64,000 nucleotides of DNA, taken from assembly GCF_009914755.1 (NCBI RefSeq), contig NC_060947.1; one strand, given 5' to 3'. The position numbers were made by a program, and so were the translations under genes. The notes below the pieces were generated by a model, which was not told where the DNA came from, ran no database searches, and was given only the letters and a program-made list of their open reading frames with translations. Source of the DNA: the human T2T-CHM13v2.0 reference genome, Homo sapiens. This document shows, piece by piece, positions 56,646 through 64,000 of the stretch. Numbering within the stretch: the stretch's first letter is position 1; every line of letters starts with the position of its first letter.

Positions 56646-59600
56646 TTTTTTCTTTCATTTTGACCTTGGAGAATCTGATGATTATGTGTCTTGGGGATGA
56701 TCCTTTCAAGGGTTGTCTTACAGGGGTTCTCTGTATTTCCCGAATTTGAATGATGTGAATGTTGGTCTCTCTGGCTAGGTTGGGAAAGTTCTCATGAATG
56801 ATATCCTGAAATATGTTTTCCAAGTTGGTTTCATTCTCCTCATCTCTTTCAGGGACACCCATCAGTAGTAGATTTGGTCTGTTTACATAATCCCATATTT
56901 TTTAGAGTTCTTTTTATTTCCTTTTCATTCTTTTTTTTCTCTATTCTTGTCTGCCTGTCTTATTTTAGAAAGGCAGTCTTCAAGCTCTGAGATTCTTTCC
57001 TCTACTTGGTCTCTTCTGCTATTAATACTTGTGATTGCATTATGGGATTCTCGTAGTGTGTTTTTCAGCTCTATCAGGTCACTTACATTCTTCTCTATGC
57101 TGGCTATTTTGTCTGTCAGCACCTGCAATGTTTTATCACGATTTTTAGCTTCCTTGCTTTGAGTTACAACATACTCCTGTAGCTTAGGGAACTTTGTTCC
57201 TATCCATATTCTGAATTCTACTTCCATCATTTCAGCCATCTCAGCCTCAGCCCAGTTCCAAACCCTTGCTGGAGAGGTGATGCGTTCATTTGAAGGAAAG
57301 AAGGTACTCTGGCTTTTTGAGTTTTCAGCATTCTTGTGCTGATTCTTTCTAATCTTTGTGGGCTTATCTACCTTCAATCTTTGAGGTTGCTGACCTTTGG
57401 ATTTTTTTTTTCTTTTATCCTGTTTGATGAGCTTGAGGGTTTGATTATAGTACAAGGTGGATTCAGCCAACTAGTTTCATTTCTGAAAGATTTAACGGGC
57501 CAATGTTCAGCTCCCAACTCCTGGACTGTGTGCTCTAACTCTGGGGGACTTGTATTGGACCCTGACTTTGTTCTCTGGATACTCCAGGTTTGGAGTCTAC
57601 TGCACTGTGGGGACTGAGGTGCAGCAGTTGCAGACAAGTGTTAGTGGATTCAGAGGTGCCCAACTCCCTGTGGGCATTCACCACAGTAGGCATTCCTCTC
57701 CATGAGAGCCACACACATTATTGGCAGTTGGGTGTGGGGAGTGGGGGGGCCCTTGCTGGAGACTGTTTGTGCTGTTGCACTGGAGGTGTTGTTGGTTTGG
57801 GGTGAAGTGCTGGCCAGTGCAGGTCTGGTGCCTTTTCTGAGCCCTGCAAGCAGGAGTTATTACTCAGGGTGTGGGAGGATCCCCTGTTCCCTGAACAGTG
57901 TTAGCGCAAGAGCAGGGCACTGGCAGGGGTGGGGCTTGCTGGATTTGTGCCCGCCAAGGCTCTGTCTGCAGTGGTAGTCTGTGGGGGTCGGGGTGCATAC
58001 TGCAGTCCTATGTGTTGGCGGGGCAATTAAAGTAAAACTCGTGCAGACACACACCAGCAATGTGATGTGGGGAGTTGCTGTGGGCTCAGGGGATGCTGCA
58101 ATATGGGGAAGCAATGTGTGGGTTGGTGCACAGTCATAGGTGCCACCTTGCTGGAGCTCTCCATCAGTCAGGTATGGTCCACTGGCTCAGAAGCTATGGT
58201 ATGGGTATGGTATGGTCCCCCAGGGGACCCAAGACTGTCCTGTAAGTAGGTGTGGCGAGGCTGGGGTCCCGGGAGAGGCCAACAGACCAAGAAGTGCTTA
58301 GGTTGGACCAGACCTGTCTGATGTGCAAGACCTCCCTGTGAAGATCAGGTTCAACAATTCCCCTAGGGCTAAAAAGTCTCTTAAGAGAGCAAGTCGAGCA
58401 CAGGGGGATGGCTGTCTCTCACCACGCTCTGCTACAGATGATTCTGCACCAAACCCTCTGGGCTCCACATCAGCTGGCTTGCTGCTCCACCACTTTGCTT
58501 CTCTCCTGGGGGCTCTACCCCAGAGAGATGTTGCTTAGCAGTAGCTCAGGGCAATCAGCCCAGGATGGAGGGTCTGTGCTGTGGGCCTAAGCCTGGGGTT
58601 TCTTGTCTGGTGACAAGCAGTGGGGGTGTGTAGGACCTGTGGGAGATGGACTGGCCTCCTCTCCTTGGGTTGACTGCAGCTTGTTGGAGGTATGGATAAA
58701 GCACTTAGGGCCTTGGCTTTTTTGTTAACCTGAGGGTAAGAAGGGCAGTTCCACTGCAGAGGCAGTGATAGATAGGCTTTCAATGTCCCTAAAGGCTCTG
58801 TCCAGGGAGTTGCTGAGTTGCTACTGGCTCGATAGCTCTGTCAGAGGGTGGCTAGAAGCCCAGGCTTGGAGGACCTGCCCAGTGAGGAGATATGGGAATG
58901 GGCACCCCTATAACAGTCTGACCACTTTTCCGTATGGCTACTGAAGTATGCTGGGGACCTGCTCCAGTCCCTAGTCGCCTCGAATTTTCCAGTACCTGGA
59001 AGTATCACCAGTGAAGGCTGTGAAACAGCAAAGATGGCGGCCTGCCCCTCCCTGTGGGAGCTCTGTCCCAGGGAGGTGCAGGACTGTTGCTGGCTGAACA
59101 CACCTGTTGGAGGTGCCTGAAGACCCCAGTTGGGAGGTCCCACCCAGTCAGGAGGAACAGGATCGGGGACTCACTGAAAAAAGTAGTCTGGTTACATTTT
59201 TGTAGAGCAGCTGTGCTGTGCTGGGGGATCTCATTCACCCCTGGTCTGTTTGGACTCTCCAAAGCCCAAAGGCAGTAACGGCTCTCTCTCAAACAGCAGA
59301 GATGGTGGCCCACCCTTCCCCCGAGGAGTTCCATCCCAGGAAGGTGCAATGCTGCTACTAGTTGCAGGCTGGAATTCCAAGTTACTGGGTCTCATCCTGG
59401 AATTCCAAGTGAGGCACCGTGGAAATGTGGCCCACAGACTGTCGCTGCTCGGCCGCCTGGATTCAGCCTCCTTCCTAGGGGTATGTATGGTGCGGGGGTG
59501 GGGGGCGGCTAACTTCCCGCTTTGCTGGAGTTGCAACTACTTTTGGTCGGATGCCTGGAAAGCCAGAGTATCTAAAGCTCCTGAGTCTCTGCGTGCACCT

Positions 59601-59977
59601 GAGCGGCTGCTCTGCCAAAACTCAACAGATGTCTGTGTGTCAGACTGAAGGCCCCGATAGAGTGGGTTCATGAGGGGATCTCCTGACCTGAGGGTTGCAA
59701 AGGTCCATGGGAGAAGCTTGGGTTCCTGGGGTTGCACATTCGCTCATGGCTTCTCTGGGCAGGGGAGCTTCCCTTGGCTCCATGTCGCTCTGGGTGGGCA
59801 GTCATCCTCCCTTGCTTTTTCACTGTTCTTGGTAGGTCGAGTTGTTTCCTTGATTAGTGCCAGTGTGAGTACTTGGATGTTTCAGTTGAAGGTGCTGTAT
59901 TTACTTGTCCCTTCCATTCCTTTCCGTGAGAGCCACACACATTATCTGCTTCTAGTTGGTCTTCTTGGCCACTCCCC

Positions 59978-60910
59978 AGAGAAATTTTTAATTTTGATGG
60001 TAGAGTTTATCATATTTTTCTTTTATGGTTCTTACTTTCTGTGCTCCCTCAAAGTCACAAAGATATTTTCCTGTTTTCATTGTATGCTTTATAGTTTTAG
60101 CTTTTCTGTTTAGGTCCATGATCCATCTCAAATTAATTTTTGTGTACGGTATAAAACTAGGATCAAAGTTGTTCACCCATCTCCATGTAGGTGCTCCTTT
60201 TTTTTTTTTTTTTTTTTTTTGAGACAGGGTCTGACTTTTTCACCCAGGTCAGAGTGCAGTGGCACGATCTCGGCTCACTACAACCTCTACCTCCCTGGGC
60301 TCAAGGGATCCTCCCATTTCAGCTGGGACTATGGGCGTGAGCCACTGCACCTGGCCTAGCATAAATTTTTAAAAGACTTTCCTTCTATAATTGGATGGCT
60401 TTGTAACCCTTATCAAAAATCAAATAACCATGGAAGTGTGGGTCTATTTCTGGGTTCTCCATTCTGCACCATTGTTCTACTTGCTAATCCTTATGTCAGT
60501 GCCATGGTTTCTTGATTGCTTTAGCTTTGTAGTATATATGGAAATCATTTTGTATAAAATCTGCAGCTTTATTTCTTTTTCCAAAATGCTTTGGGTATTC
60601 TAGGCTCCTTACATTTTGATATACATTTTAGAATAAGCTTGTCAATTTTTTAAAAATATCTTGCTGGGATTATGACTTATATTGCTTTGAATCTGTACAT
60701 CTGTAGGGAGAATTGTCATCTTAACAACTTGACTCTTCAAATTCCCACTTATTTTGGTCCTTTTTAATGTCTTCACAATGTTTTGTAGTTTTTGGGTTAG
60801 AGGTCTTGCAATCTTTTATTAAATTCACTCCTATCCAGTCAATACTTTCGTAGCTATTGTAAAAGCATTAAAACATTTTTATTTTCCAACTGTTTTCTGC
60901 TTATATAATG
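59978..60910 (-). mobile_element. Old L1ME-like ORF2 3' fragment (continuation of ~52965-53310)
   Basis: tttaggtccatgatccatctcaaattaatttttgtgtacgg; ORF remnant PYTKINLRWIMDLN. Confidence 0.7.
60197..60356 (-). mobile_element. Alu monomer (FRAM-like, or arm-deleted AluJ)
   Basis: T-tail and right-arm sequence run directly into the 5' start gcgtgagccactgcacctggcc; ~160 bp. Confidence 0.8.
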
Positions 60911-61724
60911 ACAGCATTTTTGAGCTCTTACTTTATGTTATATCTATGACTTCACCCTTGCTACCTGGAAAATAGACTAAACCCATCTCTAGTGCAAATG
61001 AAAGACTTTCAAAACACATATGAAAATCTGCTTGGTGTGCTCATTTTTCCCCTAAATTACCATATCTCCTCTGCCACAGCTTGATATCAGCTGATGCCAT
61101 CATCAGAACCTGTATAATCCTATACCACTTAGTGGTGAATAAAAGTGTTCTAGTTGTCCTTATGAACCACTGACCCTCTATAGCTGAATGGAGTACACTA
61201 GATTCTTTATCACTTATAATATTATGTGATCATGGTCTTCAAACCCACAGGTCCTAAATCTGAAACAGGAAGTGTATTTGTGTGTGTTTAGAAAATTACA
61301 CTTGAACTTATTAGTGAAAATAGAATGATTTTTATTTTATATATGACTAATTGGTCATAGTGACAATAATATGCTATGGCTGTAATGAAGTTAGAAATGG
61401 GGAGTAGAAAGATTTTTATATATTACCACTTGACTAATCACAGGAAGAAATAAAGTCAGAGGTGGAGATAATCTATTTCAATGATTTTTCTTTCTGTACC
61501 CTGTTACTATTTTTTCATTAGAAATATTACACAGAGTTCAAATATTTTTTAAAAATAGAAAAGAGCATAATTGCTCTGGCTTAAGTGATGGTAGAGGTTT
61601 TAGATCTAATGTCTTACTGTGGAACCTTTTTTGTTATGCTAGGGGTCAGAGGAGAAGTTGGGAAAATTGCAGACCTACTCACATCATCCTATTTTAAAGA
61701 AGTAAGGACAATAATCTTGGTTCT

Positions 61725-61930
61725 TAAGTCTGGCCTAGCAATTTACACAAATTTTTGTATCTGAGCAAGTCACTTAACTTTCTGTTAGTATTAGTTTCTC
61801 ATCTGTTAATTGGGGACATGATATCTGTTGTACATACCATCAAGTTATTGTAGGGATTATATGAGACGACGCAAGTTGAAAGGGCTTTAGAAACTGTAAA
61901 GAATTCCCTACATGTAAAATTACATTATCA
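61725..61930 (+). mobile_element. MIR
   Basis: tgagcaagtcacttaactttctg...tagtttctcatctgttaattgggg...gttattgtagggattatatgag. Confidence 0.7.
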
Positions 61931-62457
61931 TTGTTACAAAAGTCACCTCTCCATTGCAATAACATTTTAGTGATAAAAGGATGGCTTATATAATAAACTA
62001 AATTGGGTGTGTCTTATAGCAACGGCTGTCTTATCTGTAGTGTTAGTCCTGTGAGATTTTATCATGTCTTATTATCTGTGGAAGATAAATGATATCTGTG
62101 TGGTGACCTGATGCAGACCAGTCACAAACCAAGGGATCAGAAGAATTGTTATAAATATATAATGTACCAGATCTCAAAATAATGTACCATAGCAATGAAC
62201 AGTAGGAAATAAGGTGGATTATTTTGAAGCATGGCCATGGGTCACAACTGACAACTTCCTATAATCACAAACCCTGTAAAATATCAACCATAGCTTGTGA
62301 CTGATGGATGCTCTTCCTTCCAGTCATTCTAAAGAAGCTGACACATCTATATTCATTTCATAGGCATGAGTTTTGAACACTGTATCCCTTGATGTGGATT
62401 GCAATGATGTCAGCATTATAAAACAACCATAGATATTTGTGTTGAAAGTTACCAAAC

Positions 62458-62930
62458 ACATGCACATGTATGTTTATCGTGGCACTGTTCACAATAGCAA
62501 AGTCTTGGAACCAACACAAATGCCCATCAATGATAGACTGGATAAAGAAAATGTGGCACATATACACCATGGAATAGTATGCAGCCATAAAAAAGGATGA
62601 GTTCATTTCCTTTCCAGGGACATGGATGAAACTGGAAGCCATCATTCTCAGCAAAGTAACACAAGAAGAGAAAACCAAACACTGCATATTCTCACTCATA
62701 AGTGGGAGTTGAACAATGAGAACACATGGACACAGGGTGGGGAACATTACACATCGGGGCCTGTTGGGGGTGGGGGTCTGGGGAAGGGATAGCATTAGGA
62801 GAAATACCCAATGCAAATGACGAGTTAATGGGTGCAGCAAACCAACATGGCACATGTATACCTATGTAACAAACCTGCACGTTGTGCACATGTACCCCAG
62901 AACTTAAAGTATAATAATAATAATAATAAA
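62458..62930 (+). mobile_element. L1PA7/8-like 5'-truncated 3' end
   Basis: gatagactggataaagaaaatgtggcacatatacaccatgg...tgtaccccagaacttaaagt with a (taa)n tail; perfect 14-bp TSD gaaagttaccaaac (62444-62457, 62931-62944). Confidence 0.95.
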
Positions 62931-64000
62931 GAAAGTTACCAAACTAAAGCATAAACAATCCTTCAGATGATCTTTTAGTAAGAGAAATAAATAGGTGTAA
63001 TGGTCTGACCTGTAGTTTGTTTTTGAGTTTGTAAGTATCTGAAGCTTGAGGTTATTTTGGAATCAATAGAAGAGCTAATTTATTAAAATAATTTGATTTA
63101 TATTAATCAGCAAGCACAGTGTCACATACTTAGGTTTCAAAGTGTTCTCCTGCTCCTAGACCAAGTAGGCACTTGAAAAGAAATGGAAAAGAGACACGTT
63201 AACTTCTCTGGGAAGAAGGCAATTATTTCATCTTTTAAGTTTATATTCAGAACACATCCACAGCAAATATAATTTAAGCCCACATCATAAATATTCCACA
63301 AGAAATGTTCACCAGTTCCCAGAACTTGAAGTCACCTCTTTGGACACCAGACCATTCTGTGACATGCCATCACCTTCATCTAGGAGATAACAATCACAGC
63401 ATATTTATTATGTTGCTCTTAAGTAGAAAATATCTGTAAAGAATATTGCAGTACCCCTCTGAATTCTATAGAAAGAGTCATCCTTTAAATTTTTCTCCCA
63501 TCTAAATGTTTACTTGTCTCACCAAACATCTGGAGCTCAGGGGGCATGAGGAGCTCATTTATTTGATGCAGTGCTTCTACATTGATTTTAGAAGGAAAAC
63601 AATACACTGTGCCCTAAATAAAGCTCCTAGAAAAATCTAAAGTGTTTTGTTGTTGCGGTGGTGGTTATCCTGGATTACCATGCGGTCTTTTTTTCTCTCC
63701 TTACACACACATATTAGTGAAGCATGCAAACCATGGAAGGCACCTTTTTACATATATAGCCCCTACCCTGCATAAAATTGTCTAGGTTGTCTGCAAAACC
63801 TATGCTTCTAAGACAGTCAGAGCCCAGCAGGGGGATAATATGGACAATAATAAGTAAATAGAACCAAAACACTAGGCACAATTCAATTAAGCAATGGTAC
63901 ATGGGATCTAAGAAATCTTTTCTTAATACTCTCCAGGTCATGATCATCAATGCAGGCTTCTAATATGAGGGAAAGCAGAGGGTTAAATGGAAACATTGTA

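Larger units (their letters stand above)
53312..59977 (-). mobile_element. Near-full-length L1PA15-like element with a long GC-richer 5'UTR, an internal deletion and two THE1 LTR insertions
   Basis: 3' end ttttattttaagttcagggg; ORF2 RT remnants [33 protein letters not shown] and [11 protein letters not shown]; ORF1 remnants at 56646-57470 (IELKNTLRE...GVPE...FPNLARE...PRHIIIRF); 5'UTR to ~59977. Both ORFs are disrupted. Confidence 0.9.

Noticed and set aside
56925-57470. 181-aa ORF, the longest in the track
   Set aside because: Truncated L1 ORF1p coiled-coil remnant; the element cannot be retrotransposition-competent.
57600-59977. GC-richer 2.4 kb segment resembling a promoter or CpG island, with many ORFs
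   Set aside because: It is the L1PA15-like 5'UTR, with most CpGs decayed.

Overview
Primate (human-like), AT-rich, repeat-dense genomic DNA. I find no intact protein-coding gene, RNA gene or CRISPR array. The only gene-derived feature is an old, full-length processed pseudogene of importin beta-1 (KPNB1) on the minus strand (~4493-8428: 5'UTR, broken CDS, 3'UTR, poly(A)), later interrupted by an AluS. The rest is interspersed repeats: ten Alus, two complete THE1 (MaLR) proviruses, solo THE1/MST/MLT LTRs, L2, MIR, hAT DNA transposons, and a ~23 kb nested, mostly minus-strand L1 block (37.8-60.9 kb) that includes a near-full-length L1PA15-like element. Most ORFs in the supplied track are Alu, THE1 or L1 remnants, or chance ORFs. 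I cannot support a new biological system. The structures most worth checking are an 86-bp direct repeat bracketing a hairpin-rich segment (23.3-24.2 kb), a self-complementary (TCTAGA-(TA)n)13 array, possible ancestral residues in the KPNB1 retrocopy, and several rearrangement footprints. Repeat subfamily names come from recalled consensus sequences, and old-repeat boundaries are approximate.
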